Shown: positions 46,575 through 56,003 of the stretch, piece after piece | How positions within the stretch are numbered: position 1 is the stretch's first letter | Layout of the letters: every line of letters starts with the position of its first letter | Origin: an uncultured Bacteroidales bacterium | GTDB taxonomy: Bacteria; Bacteroidota; Bacteroidia; Bacteroidales; VadinHA17 | Direction of reading: 5' to 3' | Assembly: GCA_963849945.1 (NCBI GenBank) | Contig: CAWKJD010000015.1 | Span: 194,673 to 258,672 of the forward strand | Length of the DNA stretch: 64,000 nt | Program-made: the position numbers and the translations under genes | The notes under the pieces: model-generated | Database searches by the model: none | Seen by the model: only the letters and a program-made list of their open reading frames with translations | Told to the model about the DNA's origin: nothing

Positions 46575-48379
46575 TGAAAAGACCTGTACTTTTTGCATTT
46601 ATAATTCTTATCCCTGTCCTGATGCTGAATGCTCAGGAGAGCAGGAGACTGATAATCCTTCATACAAATGACTTCCATTCGCACCTGCAGGGGTATGGAC
46701 CTGAATCTGCATACACACCCCTGGTAATTGATGGAGACCCCACTGTGGGAGGTTTCTCAAGAATAGCAGGAGTAATTTCAGAAACAAAGTCGGCAAATCC
46801 GAATTCAACCCTGGTGCTTGATGCAGGTGACTGCCTGATGGGAACACTCTTTCAGGCACTGGAGCCGTCAACCGGATTCCAGCTCAACCTTATGAAACTG
46901 GCAGGTTATGATGTTGTGGCTCTCGGGAACCACGACTTTGATTTTGGTCCGCAAAAATACGCTGAAATAGTCAGAAATGCTGCAAAGAAAGGAGCATTAC
47001 CCATAATGCTGGCAGGCAATGCCGTCACTGATCCTGAAAATAATGCTGATGATGAATTTGAGGCAGTGATGAAAGAAGGCCTGATAAAACGATATCAGAT
47101 ACTGGAAAGAGAGGGTCTTAAAATCGGGATATTCTCCCTTTTGGGTAAGGATGCCGATGAATCCGCTCCCTATGCACCGCCAGTGACATTCGAAAAGATA
47201 GTCCCTGCAGCCAGAAATCTTGTAAAAGAGCTTAAGAGCAAAGGGTGCGACGTGATTATTTGCCTGTCACATAGTGGCATTGCCAAAGATAAGAAAGGGG
47301 CATGGTCCGGAGAAGACGTGGAACTTGCACAGAAGGTAAAGGGCATCGACATTATCATTTCGGGACATACACATATTCTCCTTAATGAACCGCTGATAGT
47401 TAACGGAACCCCAATTCTGCTGGCCGGGGATAACGGAAGATTTGTCGGAAAGGCTGAGATCACCGTCAACAACAATGGTGTGAAACTTGATAAATACCAG
47501 ATTATTAAAATTGATGATAAGGTAACTGCTGACCCTGAGATACAGTCTTCCATTGAAACAGATAAGCTCGCTGTTGACGGGGAAATCCTTAAACCTCTCG
47601 GACTAAGCTATGATATGCCGGTAGCCACGGCACCCTACACTATGTTCTTTGATGAATTCGGAGATCTTGCAGCCAGCAACCTTGGTGCACTGGTAGCTGA
47701 TGCCATTTACGATTACATGAATAATGAAGGCCCGGGCACTGATATTGCCATGGTAGCCGAGGGAGTCCTTCGTGATCCGATACAGCCGGGCGTGCAGAGC
47801 GTGGCTGACATCTTCAGAGTAATGTCACTTGGCTCAGGAACGGATAATGTTCCGGGTTATGCACTTTCAAAGTTATGGTGCACTGGAAAGGAACTTAAGA
47901 ATATAGCAGAGATATTGATCTTCCTGTCAGGTTCAACACCTTCAAATTTCCCCTATTATTCACATCTCCGCATCGAATATGACCCTGAGGGCGGAATTTT
48001 TAACAAGGTGCGGCGAATAGAACTGACCGGCCCTGAAGATAATGTCACTGAAGTGAACACGTCAAAAAAGTCTACAAAGCTCTATTCAGTTGTGGCTAAC
48101 TCTTATTTGGTAGATAATCTTCCATTAATAAAAAAGAAGACTTTTGGATTGATAAGCGTTGTACCAAAAGACAGTGACGGAATCCCGGTAACTGATTTTG
48201 CGAAGGCCGTGGTCGATTTTAATTCTTCAGTGCCCGGCTTGCAGGAAGGGAAGGAATGGATAGCATTGTTGAAGTACCTTCAGCAGTTTGCCCCGGCCGA
48301 AGGTGGAGGGCTGCCGGTTATACCTCAATACTACCGGAATCCATCAAGGTCTCTGGTTACAGTAAGCAGTGAAAAGTGA
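46574..48379 (+). CDS. bifunctional metallophosphatase/5'-nucleotidase (UshA-like), secreted
   Basis: Signal peptide. Motifs HTNDFHS, DAGD, GNHDFD, SHSG, GHTH. C-terminal nucleotidase-like domain. Confidence 0.8.
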   Translation: MKRPVLFAFIILIPVLMLNAQESRRLIILHTNDFHSHLQGYGPESAYTPLVIDGDPTVGGFSRIAGVISETKSANPNSTLVLDAGDCLMGTLFQALEPSTGFQLNLMKLAGYDVVALGNHDFDFGPQKYAEIVRNAAKKGALPIMLAGNAVTDPENNADDEFEAVMKEGLIKRYQILEREGLKIGIFSLLGKDADESAPYAPPVTFEKIVPAARNLVKELKSKGCDVIICLSHSGIAKDKKGAWSGEDVELAQKVKGIDIIISGHTHILLNEPLIVNGTPILLAGDNGRFVGKAEITVNNNGVKLDKYQIIKIDDKVTADPEIQSSIETDKLAVDGEILKPLGLSYDMPVATAPYTMFFDEFGDLAASNLGALVADAIYDYMNNEGPGTDIAMVAEGVLRDPIQPGVQSVADIFRVMSLGSGTDNVPGYALSKLWCTGKELKNIAEILIFLSGSTPSNFPYYSHLRIEYDPEGGIFNKVRRIELTGPEDNVTEVNTSKKSTKLYSVVANSYLVDNLPLIKKKTFGLISVVPKDSDGIPVTDFAKAVVDFNSSVPGLQEGKEWIALLKYLQQFAPAEGGGLPVIPQYYRNPSRSLVTVSSEK

Positions 48380-49194
48380 CAAAGGCAAGGCACATTTCTT
48401 TTTTTGATAAAATTCTCAGCCGTCATTCAGCGAAAAGCCTGAAGCCTGGTTTTTGCGGGATATTTATTCCACTTGGTTTTGCACTGGTATCATTTCTGCA
48501 GCCAGCCACAGGAAGTGACTGCAGCAACAGCACCATATACAAAGGTTATATCAGTGGTGACATGGAGGTGTGGAAAAAGGGCATGGCTGAATTACAGAAT
48601 GAGTACGCGAAAACCTCTGAGCCATGCATGCTGGTTGCACTTACGGAAGCAAGGTACGGCTATATAGGCTACCTGATCGGAATAAATAAGAAGAACGAGG
48701 CAAAGCCGCTTATAGATACTTTTGAAACAGATATCGGACGCCTGGCAGCTCTACCGGAGTATAAGGCTGAGACAGAGGCTTTCAGAGTTGCCTTGCTGGG
48801 TTTCCGCATGGGACTGAATCCGGCAAAAGCTGTAACGCTGGGACCAAAGACGCTTAAGCAACTTGAAAAGGCGGTCGCAACAGACCACAACAACCCTGCA
48901 GTATGGATTGAAAAGGCAAACTCTGAATTGAGTATGCCTGCATTTGCGGGCGGATCGAAGGAAAAAGCGGCAGCATCACTGAGGGAGGCTCTACGCTTAT
49001 ATGAGGCTGACCCGGCGCTGTCAGCATACAACTGGAAATATCTGAACACGATTGTCCTTCTCGGCCAGACGCTTGAAAAGCTGGATGACTATCAAGGGGC
49101 ACGTCAGGCGTATCTGAAAGCCCTGATCAGAGAACCTGATTTCAGAAGGGTTCGCGATGAATTGTTGCCGGCCGCTGAAAGAAATCTGAGATAG
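48376..49194 (+). CDS. hypothetical membrane-anchored helical (TPR-like) protein
   Basis: 272-aa ORF whose GTG start overlaps the nucleotidase stop codon (GTGA). It has a single hydrophobic segment followed by helical repeat-like sequence. Confidence 0.5.
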   Translation: MTKARHISFFDKILSRHSAKSLKPGFCGIFIPLGFALVSFLQPATGSDCSNSTIYKGYISGDMEVWKKGMAELQNEYAKTSEPCMLVALTEARYGYIGYLIGINKKNEAKPLIDTFETDIGRLAALPEYKAETEAFRVALLGFRMGLNPAKAVTLGPKTLKQLEKAVATDHNNPAVWIEKANSELSMPAFAGGSKEKAAASLREALRLYEADPALSAYNWKYLNTIVLLGQTLEKLDDYQGARQAYLKALIREPDFRRVRDELLPAAERNLR

Positions 49195-49240
49195 AAGGAT
49201 TTTCCGGACAGGGTCTTTTCTTTGCTGCTTTTGATCTGTA

Positions 49241-49981
49241 TTATAAAGTCTTCTCCTGAATATTATCAGGGTTTTGGCCAAGAACCCTGCCGAAGTGATT
49301 CTCAAGGTGCCTTCTCATCCCCTCGCGGAACTCATCGGGAGTACCCTTTTTCAGCAGGGCCACCAGCTCTTTATGTGATTTGGATTTCTTTCGTTTACTT
49401 TTAACCTTTAGAAGCCCTGTGTCATAGACATGCTCGAAGACCGGGAGAATAAGATTTTGAAAAGCCTCAAGCGTTTCATTGCCTGCCATATGGTAGAGCT
49501 TCCCATGAAACCTGAGCTCGTGCCCTACATCGAACAAAATGTTATCAGAATGGTCAGGTTCAGTTTTTACGATTTCTTCGAGCTCTTCAATATCTTCCTC
49601 TGTCATTCTGGCAAATATGAAATCGGCTATGCCGACTTCAAGGGCGAGACGGATCTCAAAGATGTTCATCAGGGTCTTGTTGTCGAGTATTCCGGGTATC
49701 AATGATTTGCCAAGAATAACTGACAGATCGGGGCTCCTGATTATTGTTCCCTTGTGTTTTTTCAATTCAATCAGTCCCATCGTTTTGAGTCTGTTGAGCG
49801 CCTCCCTGATTACCGTGCGGCTTACACCCATTTTAGTGGCCAGTTCGGTCTCCTTCGGAATTGCCTCGCCAGGCTTCAGGTCCCTGTGCAGAAAAACCTC
49901 TATCATATATCTTTCCACCTTATCTACAAGGCTGCTGGTGTCGATCGATTTCAATTCAGGTTTTAAGTCCGGGTTATTCAT
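49241..49981 (-). CDS. GntR family transcriptional regulator (FadR/FCD subfamily)
   Basis: Winged-HTH block ETELATKMGVSRTVIREALNRLKTMGLIE, followed by an all-helical FCD-like C-terminal domain. Confidence 0.8.
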   Translation of the reverse strand: MNNPDLKPELKSIDTSSLVDKVERYMIEVFLHRDLKPGEAIPKETELATKMGVSRTVIREALNRLKTMGLIELKKHKGTIIRSPDLSVILGKSLIPGILDNKTLMNIFEIRLALEVGIADFIFARMTEEDIEELEEIVKTEPDHSDNILFDVGHELRFHGKLYHMAGNETLEAFQNLILPVFEHVYDTGLLKVKSKRKKSKSHKELVALLKKGTPDEFREGMRRHLENHFGRVLGQNPDNIQEKTL

Positions 49982-50109
49982 AATTTATCGTTACCGCTAT
50001 ATTTAAAGACAGAAACTAAACGTAGCTTTTCTGTTGCTGAACGTAAAAGTAACAAATAAATAAATAATTTGTGTTTTATGTAGTACTTATAGCCATGATA
50101 AAGAAAACC

Positions 50110-50143
50110 TCAGACCTTGAGACCTTCCGACTTTACTATCTTT
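50110..50143. repeat. short CAGACCTT-family octamer repeat just upstream of the DUF169-like gene
   Basis: agaccttg|agaccttc|cgacttta|ctatcttt (50112-50143). This is the same word family as at 44240 and 46503-46542. Confidence 0.65.
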
Positions 50144-50165
50144 ACAGAAATCAAAATCTCCAGTC

Positions 50166-50906
50166 ATGAACCTCGAATTGAAAGAAGCCTTCCTCACGAA
50201 ATGGGGGAAATATTTCGGTAATGCCGCACTGCCAATCGTATTCTATTTTACTAATTCGGATGGCGGCGCTGAATGGGCTGATAAACCAAAGGGATGGAGC
50301 TGCATAATCTGCGAGCTGACAAAAGTCCGAAATGGGAAATCAATTGTGTATAATGCCGAAAGGGTCACCTGCGGCGGTGGCAAAAGATACCTGGGTTATA
50401 CCGGAAAAATGAGACCGGGATTTGAATATTTTCTCTCGTGCGGAAATGAAAAGACGGAAGGGGAGAGGTACCTGCGCTCACCCGAACTTGTGAAGGAGTT
50501 TATGAAACACCAGACAGTTTTACCTGTTTCAGGTATGAATCTGGTCTTCAAAAGGTGGGATAAGCTTGAGGAGAAGGATGATCCGGATGTGGTGATTTTC
50601 TTTGCGACCCCGGACGTACTCTCCGGTCTCTTCACTCTTGCCAATTTCGATCAGTCGGAACCTAACGGCACATTCGCTCCTTTTGGATCGGGCTGCAGCT
50701 CCATCGTTCATTTTCCCTATCTTGAGAGCCTTACTGAAAGGCAGAGGGCGGTGATAGGAATGTTTGACCCTTCTGCGCGAAAGTGCGTTCCTGATAATAT
50801 CCTCACTTTTGCCGTACCTATGAAAAGGTTCGAAAAGATGATCGGTTACATGGAAGAGAGCTTTCTTATTACTGACACCTGGTCATTGATAAGAGAGCGT
50901 CTGTAG
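50166..50906 (+). CDS. DUF169-like protein (uncharacterised)
   Basis: 246 aa. The size and Cys/Gly pattern (CGGGKRYLGY, PFGSGCSS) recall DUF169. This is from memory only. Confidence 0.45.
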   Translation: MNLELKEAFLTKWGKYFGNAALPIVFYFTNSDGGAEWADKPKGWSCIICELTKVRNGKSIVYNAERVTCGGGKRYLGYTGKMRPGFEYFLSCGNEKTEGERYLRSPELVKEFMKHQTVLPVSGMNLVFKRWDKLEEKDDPDVVIFFATPDVLSGLFTLANFDQSEPNGTFAPFGSGCSSIVHFPYLESLTERQRAVIGMFDPSARKCVPDNILTFAVPMKRFEKMIGYMEESFLITDTWSLIRERL

Positions 50907-50975
50907 CAATACCATGCCCGGGCGTCACCCGGGTCGCTGCCGGCACTTTTTGGCATCGCCCGGATCAGGCATCCT
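50907..50975. repeat. GC-rich dispersed intergenic element (copy B, inverted relative to copy A)
   Basis: The reverse complement reads ggatgccTGATCCGGGCgatg....gaCGCCCGGGCatggtattgc. It shares GATCCGGGC, CGCCCGGGC and the terminal ttgc with copy A. Confidence 0.6.
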
Positions 50976-51145
50976 GTCGGATGAGAAAAATTTATTTTTC
51001 ATTCGTTTAATCATCCCATGCAATTCATAACAGCATTTGCCCGTTATTAACCTCAATAAGCTTGACCCAAATCTAAATCAATATTCTTACACTTCCATTC
51101 AACTCTCTTATTTAATAACCAGGAACTATACCTACACAATTCCCT

Positions 51146-52351
51146 ATGCTAAGACGCGTTTGTTTTCTTTTAGTGCTTGGTACTGTTTTATTGTCCGGAC
51201 CCGGAAAAACAGCGAAAGCACAGGGCTGGACCTTTACAGAATCAATTCAACAGACAGGCAATTGTATACCTTATCCACCGTACCCGTCTGTTGTTTATGC
51301 AACCAAAGAAGCCTGTGAATCCATCAGGCAGTCAGAGCTTAACAACAGCGGCTCCGACTGGTCAATGTTTGGTGATGGCAGTTGTACTACCATCATAACC
51401 TGCTCTCCGTGCATCGGTTCCGGAGGGGGACCGGGTCCGACAGGATCAGGAAGCAGTTCGCTTATAGGAAATCCCGGAGCGGTCAGTATTACGGGACTGC
51501 TTACGGGTAACGCTCTGTTTTCTCCGCATGACATTAAGGACGTCGAGAACTGGGTCAATGATTACCTGCAAAGGATGACTTCAATGGGCATGACTGCGGA
51601 CGCGATGAACCTGATTACGAACGGTGACGTTCCACTGACAGGCAATGCAGTCTTTGATAAGTTTTATACCGACCAGATGCTACGGTTTCAGAAACCCGCG
51701 CAGGGAGGAACCGTTTATCTGAAGGAGGGACAAAACACGATCGATCCCAATGACCTGAAAGGTTCCGGGAAAGAGAATACAGTCCCAAAAAATACGACTG
51801 CCGGCCCGGGACCTGTCGTGGCACTTTCTTCCGCCAATCAGTGGTACCATCTTGAGCCACTGTCAAACGGAGGAATCCCTCCCTTGCCGGTTAGTAATAA
51901 TGATCCTAATTTCCGTTATGAACATCCAAGGATTGATGCAGCAAGGGAGGCTGGTATAACACTGGCCGGCTGGCTGCCTGACGGAGCGGCGTATCCCGGA
52001 ATACTTGCTGTAAATATCTGGTCTGAGAATGCCAAAGCAATACAGGATATAAGAGATGGCAATGCTCCCCAGGATGCATGGACAAGCATATCAAACGCAT
52101 ACCAGAACTCGTTGACGGACATAAAGGATCAGGCTATCGGGGATGTTCAGGGGAAGATATTTGATAAAACCCTGGAAATTATCAGCCCGGTAAAGGGATT
52201 TGCAGAACTGGTCTCAGGTGCTAATGATCTCAACGGAAAATGGCAGGATCTGGGCGGTGAGATAGCCGGCGGTGAAGGTGACGGAATATTTGGGAAGGTC
52301 ACAAAAGCTGCCGGATGGTTAGGTCAGGCTCCCTCAAGCACCGGTCTTTAA
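51146..52351 (+). CDS. hypothetical secreted protein P1 (Cys-rich N-domain, G/P/S linker)
   Basis: Signal peptide MLRRVCFLLVLGTVLLSGPGKTAKAQ. Six Cys fall within about 50 aa (GNCIPY..EACESI..GSCTTIITCSPC), followed by GSGGGPGPTGSGSSS. I recognise no family. Confidence 0.6.
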   Translation: MLRRVCFLLVLGTVLLSGPGKTAKAQGWTFTESIQQTGNCIPYPPYPSVVYATKEACESIRQSELNNSGSDWSMFGDGSCTTIITCSPCIGSGGGPGPTGSGSSSLIGNPGAVSITGLLTGNALFSPHDIKDVENWVNDYLQRMTSMGMTADAMNLITNGDVPLTGNAVFDKFYTDQMLRFQKPAQGGTVYLKEGQNTIDPNDLKGSGKENTVPKNTTAGPGPVVALSSANQWYHLEPLSNGGIPPLPVSNNDPNFRYEHPRIDAAREAGITLAGWLPDGAAYPGILAVNIWSENAKAIQDIRDGNAPQDAWTSISNAYQNSLTDIKDQAIGDVQGKIFDKTLEIISPVKGFAELVSGANDLNGKWQDLGGEIAGGEGDGIFGKVTKAAGWLGQAPSSTGL

Positions 52352-52377
52352 ATATAACTGAAATAACAATTTACAGT

Positions 52378-53496
52378 ATGCAAACTTTAAAACAAATACT
52401 GTGTTCCGCTGCACTGTTGTTCTTCTCCTCTTTATTGGCTTCTGGCCAGGACAGAGATTCACTACGATTTGAGGTGTTGATGAACAGCCAGATGCTTAAA
52501 ACAGCTGGTCTCGAACCGGAATTTATTCACTCAATCGATATAACCCCCGATCGTCATGTCCTTCTTTCCACAAAAAAGCAGTTTTACCTGCTGGGTTGGG
52601 GAGGAATTACTCCGCTTGGTAAATCTGCCTCCAGCGGATCAATAAGGTCTTTCGCCTTTTCTCCTGACAGCCTCCTGATGGTTGTTAAAGATGATGAGAT
52701 CTGTTACTTCGATTCCAACAAAGAGCTCAAAAAGTTGTACAAACTGCCGGGTAAACAAATGGCAATCAGTGCAGGCAAAGATGTAATGTACATATATGGT
52801 CAGAGCGCTGACGCATCAGGCAATGTTGTTTATGTTATCACACCCGGTGGGAAGTATGCAGTGCTGCTGGAAGTATCACTGCCCGTAAATGCTGTCGAGG
52901 AACTGGACAGTTCCCTGGTTTTTGCCACTGGGAATATGGTTTATAGGTTTGATCTGAAGACAAAGAAATATAAAGTACTCTCGTCTCTTTCGAAAGAAAA
53001 GAAAATTATCTCAGTGACATCTGATCCATCATGCGGAAGAATATATTTTTCAACAGACCATGCAATTTATGCTGTCAATGATACTAGTGCCATGACCGTT
53101 TCAGAAGGAATGGGAGGTATTCTGAAGTTTTTCGATGACGGACTCGTGGTTTTTGATCCGGTTAAAAAATTCCTGCTGAGAATTGCAGGCATAGAACAGG
53201 AATTGAGGTTAGCACAGCCTTATATACCGGAAGCGGTTCACAAACCTCAAGAGGTACAAAAACCGCAAGAGGCAAAAAAACCGAAAGACGGAGTTCTGCA
53301 GAACTACAATATAGTTGCACTTGCGAAATCTGAAATGTCGGACGCTCTCATAATTTCTATTATCAGGCGGTCAAAGGCTGACTTTAATCTGAGTATCGAC
53401 TCGATGATTGATTTGTCCGCAGAGGGCGTGTCCTCTGATGTGATAATGGAGATGAGAAAGGCAATGAAGCGACAGGCATCTGAACAGAAGAATTAA
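52378..53496 (+). CDS. hypothetical secreted protein P2 (beta-rich region + C-terminal ~55-aa module shared with P3)
   Basis: ATG 52378 gives signal peptide MQTLKQILCSAALLFFSSLLASGQ. The C-terminal module is LQNYNIVALAKSEMSDALIISIIRRSKADFNLSIDSMIDLSAEGVSSDVIMEMRKA. Confidence 0.6.
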   Translation: MQTLKQILCSAALLFFSSLLASGQDRDSLRFEVLMNSQMLKTAGLEPEFIHSIDITPDRHVLLSTKKQFYLLGWGGITPLGKSASSGSIRSFAFSPDSLLMVVKDDEICYFDSNKELKKLYKLPGKQMAISAGKDVMYIYGQSADASGNVVYVITPGGKYAVLLEVSLPVNAVEELDSSLVFATGNMVYRFDLKTKKYKVLSSLSKEKKIISVTSDPSCGRIYFSTDHAIYAVNDTSAMTVSEGMGGILKFFDDGLVVFDPVKKFLLRIAGIEQELRLAQPYIPEAVHKPQEVQKPQEAKKPKDGVLQNYNIVALAKSEMSDALIISIIRRSKADFNLSIDSMIDLSAEGVSSDVIMEMRKAMKRQASEQKN

Positions 53497-53500
53497 TAAT

Positions 53501-54748
53501 ATGAAATCAATTATATCAATGAAAAAACATATTTCCCTGATTTTAGCCGGACTGTTTATAGCAGTCATGGTAAATGCGCAGAATGCTGAAACCCTGACAA
53601 ATGGTTCTGTGATAAAAATGTCTAAGGCAAATCTTTCAGATGAACTGATTACTGATATGATTCAGAACTCGCCCGTCAGGTTCGACCTTAGCGAAAGTGC
53701 GTTGAAAAGCCTGGCTGGTCAGGGTGTCTCCGCAACTGTAATTCAGTCGATGAAAGATGCGGGAGCAGCTAAGAAGCCCGTAGCCGTAAAGCCTTCTCCT
53801 TCAACAGGGGAAGAAGCATCCACGGCCCCGAATGATAAGGAAGTCATTGTACCCGCAGCAGGTTATATGCCTTCTGTCCCAATAGAGACTGTCCCGGTTG
53901 AAGCCCTCAATTATGTGGCACCTTTGACTGAGCTGATTAAATTTAATGAGGACAAGTTTACGGGTCTTGAGACCACCATAGTTGAATGGGATAAGAAGTT
54001 GAGAGGTAATGTGGCTGATGTCAATAAGGTAAAGGATCAGATGCTTCAGGTTGAAAAAGAGCTCAGGCAAATGAAAAATGCTGATACAAAAGCCTACAAC
54101 GCTGACATAGCCTCGCTTAAAGGAAAACTGGAAGTCTACAGAAAAAATTATAAGCAGTCGAAAGACATTATGCTGAAGGAAGGCGATAACATCATAAAGA
54201 AGATTGAGACTATTAGCAGCGATGTTACCCGTGATATCAGTAAAGCCTACTCTGATGCAGGCCAGCAGATTGTTTCTTCGGACACGGATCCTGCATCAGG
54301 GGAGAAAGCTGTTACAATGAATTACACGGTAAGAGAGAATAATGATAATTCTGTGGGATACATTGTATTTCTGACCGAAATGCTGGCCTGGCACCAGAAT
54401 GAGATCAGTGAACTGAACACTCTCATCAATGACTGGAATCCGCGCGTTACTGAAACAATTGAAGAGGATGCACGGCTGAAGAGCCAGGTCGACCCTCTTG
54501 AACAGAAGATTAAGGATTTAAGTTCAAATGCAAAAAAGAACAAACCTGAAATTTCCTCTCTCAAAAAACAAGTTTCTGAAATTGAAAAATCAAGGAAAAA
54601 ACTTGCAGATAAGATGAAAGATGATTCTAAAACCCTTGCATCTGATCTTAAGCAGATGAGCCAAAAAAATCAGGATGCTGTGAAGGAGAGGTTCACGGAT
54701 ATAATTGAGAACATTACATATTCCTTCCAGGAAAAACTTAGTTTGTAA
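53501..54748 (+). CDS. hypothetical secreted protein P3 (N-terminal shared module + long coiled-coil-like region)
   Basis: Signal peptide ..LILAGLFIAVMVNAQ. The module is LTNGSVIKMSKANLSDELITDMIQNSPVRFDLSESALKSLAGQGVSATVIQSMKDA. About 300 aa of K/E-rich heptad-like sequence follows. Confidence 0.6.
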   Translation: MKSIISMKKHISLILAGLFIAVMVNAQNAETLTNGSVIKMSKANLSDELITDMIQNSPVRFDLSESALKSLAGQGVSATVIQSMKDAGAAKKPVAVKPSPSTGEEASTAPNDKEVIVPAAGYMPSVPIETVPVEALNYVAPLTELIKFNEDKFTGLETTIVEWDKKLRGNVADVNKVKDQMLQVEKELRQMKNADTKAYNADIASLKGKLEVYRKNYKQSKDIMLKEGDNIIKKIETISSDVTRDISKAYSDAGQQIVSSDTDPASGEKAVTMNYTVRENNDNSVGYIVFLTEMLAWHQNEISELNTLINDWNPRVTETIEEDARLKSQVDPLEQKIKDLSSNAKKNKPEISSLKKQVSEIEKSRKKLADKMKDDSKTLASDLKQMSQKNQDAVKERFTDIIENITYSFQEKLSL

Positions 54749-54755
54749 GCTACCT

Positions 54756-56003
54756 ATGATAAACAAGATAAGGATGCTAAAAATCCCGGGAATACTGGCT
54801 AAAACCTGTATCTGTCTGATCATTCTGGCGCAGTTAGTGCCGGCATTAACAGTTTACGGACACGACAATGATGACAGGACATCTGCCAGTCCGGGAAAAA
54901 ACGGACCTTCACTCGATGCTGCTCGGGCATATATTATCTCAGAGGATTTCAGTAAAGCGGTTTCGACATATGCCCTTCTTCTTCAGAAAGATTCAGCCAG
55001 TGTCTCCTTGAATGCTGAGTACGCCTATGCTCTCGCCCTTAACGGAATTTACGACGCGGCTCTTGCACGCCTTGATCGGGTTTGGACTCCTAATTCATTC
55101 AGCACGGATTTAAATTTCTTCACTGCGCAGGTTTTTGCCCTGATGGGTTATGATATGCTTGCTATTGAGGCAGGTAAAAAGATCGCAGCTGGCAGCACAC
55201 CGGTCTGGATATCATCTGCGGCACCAGGGTTTCTGGAGAATTACCGTGACCGGATACCGGGAGATAATATGTCGTCTGATGGAGATGTTGTGTCGGATTT
55301 CAAGCGTGCAAACAGGCTGACGGCACAGAATTATAACCTGATGTCGATAGCAATGTTTGAAGGAATAATAACCGGATACCCGAAAGAATACCTGCCGTAT
55401 GTCGGATCCAGTATTGCGCTGGAGAAAGCAGGAATGTATGAAAAGTCGGCAGAGGCCATAGAACAAGCGCTTGCCATCATAGGAGAAAATCCTGAACAAC
55501 AGGAGGTAAAACAAATGCTGGAGACCAGACTTGCCGACATCAGGGGCAAATACCTTACGAAAGGAGTGAAAAACTTTACCGGACTTCCGGCAACATCAAA
55601 GCCTGATGCGAAGGGTAAACGTATGCTGGCTTATGCCGGAGGAATGTTCTCGCCGTCATACTTAAGCCTGACGGGAAGATTCGGAACTTTCATATCGGAT
55701 GCCGGGAGCCTCTCAGCAGACTTTGGTATAACATCAGGCGGAAGTGGGGCATCACTGAACCTCGGGGTAATGAATTTTTTCCGTCAGAAAATCCTTGCCG
55801 GCGGATACGGACTGGGAGTGGGATTTGGCAGCGGATCCACAACATTCAATGTAAAAATTTCAGTGGGATTCAGCATTATGAATAAAGACAAAAATTCCAG
55901 CTGGGATATCTTTTTTGACGGTCAGCAACCTCTTGCCCCTAAAGGAGCTGCAACTGTGGTGGGCATGTCAATAGGGCGAAGTGTTTATTTCGGTTCAAGA
56001 TGA
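54756..56003 (+). CDS. hypothetical secreted protein P4 (TPR-like helical region + Gly-rich beta C-terminal region)
   Basis: I prefer the ATG at 54756 (MINKIRMLKIPGILAKTCICLIILAQLVPALTVYG). The track start at 54705 overlaps P3. The C-terminus is Gly-rich with beta-strand-like sequence and ends YFGSR. Confidence 0.55.
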   Translation: MINKIRMLKIPGILAKTCICLIILAQLVPALTVYGHDNDDRTSASPGKNGPSLDAARAYIISEDFSKAVSTYALLLQKDSASVSLNAEYAYALALNGIYDAALARLDRVWTPNSFSTDLNFFTAQVFALMGYDMLAIEAGKKIAAGSTPVWISSAAPGFLENYRDRIPGDNMSSDGDVVSDFKRANRLTAQNYNLMSIAMFEGIITGYPKEYLPYVGSSIALEKAGMYEKSAEAIEQALAIIGENPEQQEVKQMLETRLADIRGKYLTKGVKNFTGLPATSKPDAKGKRMLAYAGGMFSPSYLSLTGRFGTFISDAGSLSADFGITSGGSGASLNLGVMNFFRQKILAGGYGLGVGFGSGSTTFNVKISVGFSIMNKDKNSSWDIFFDGQQPLAPKGAATVVGMSIGRSVYFGSR

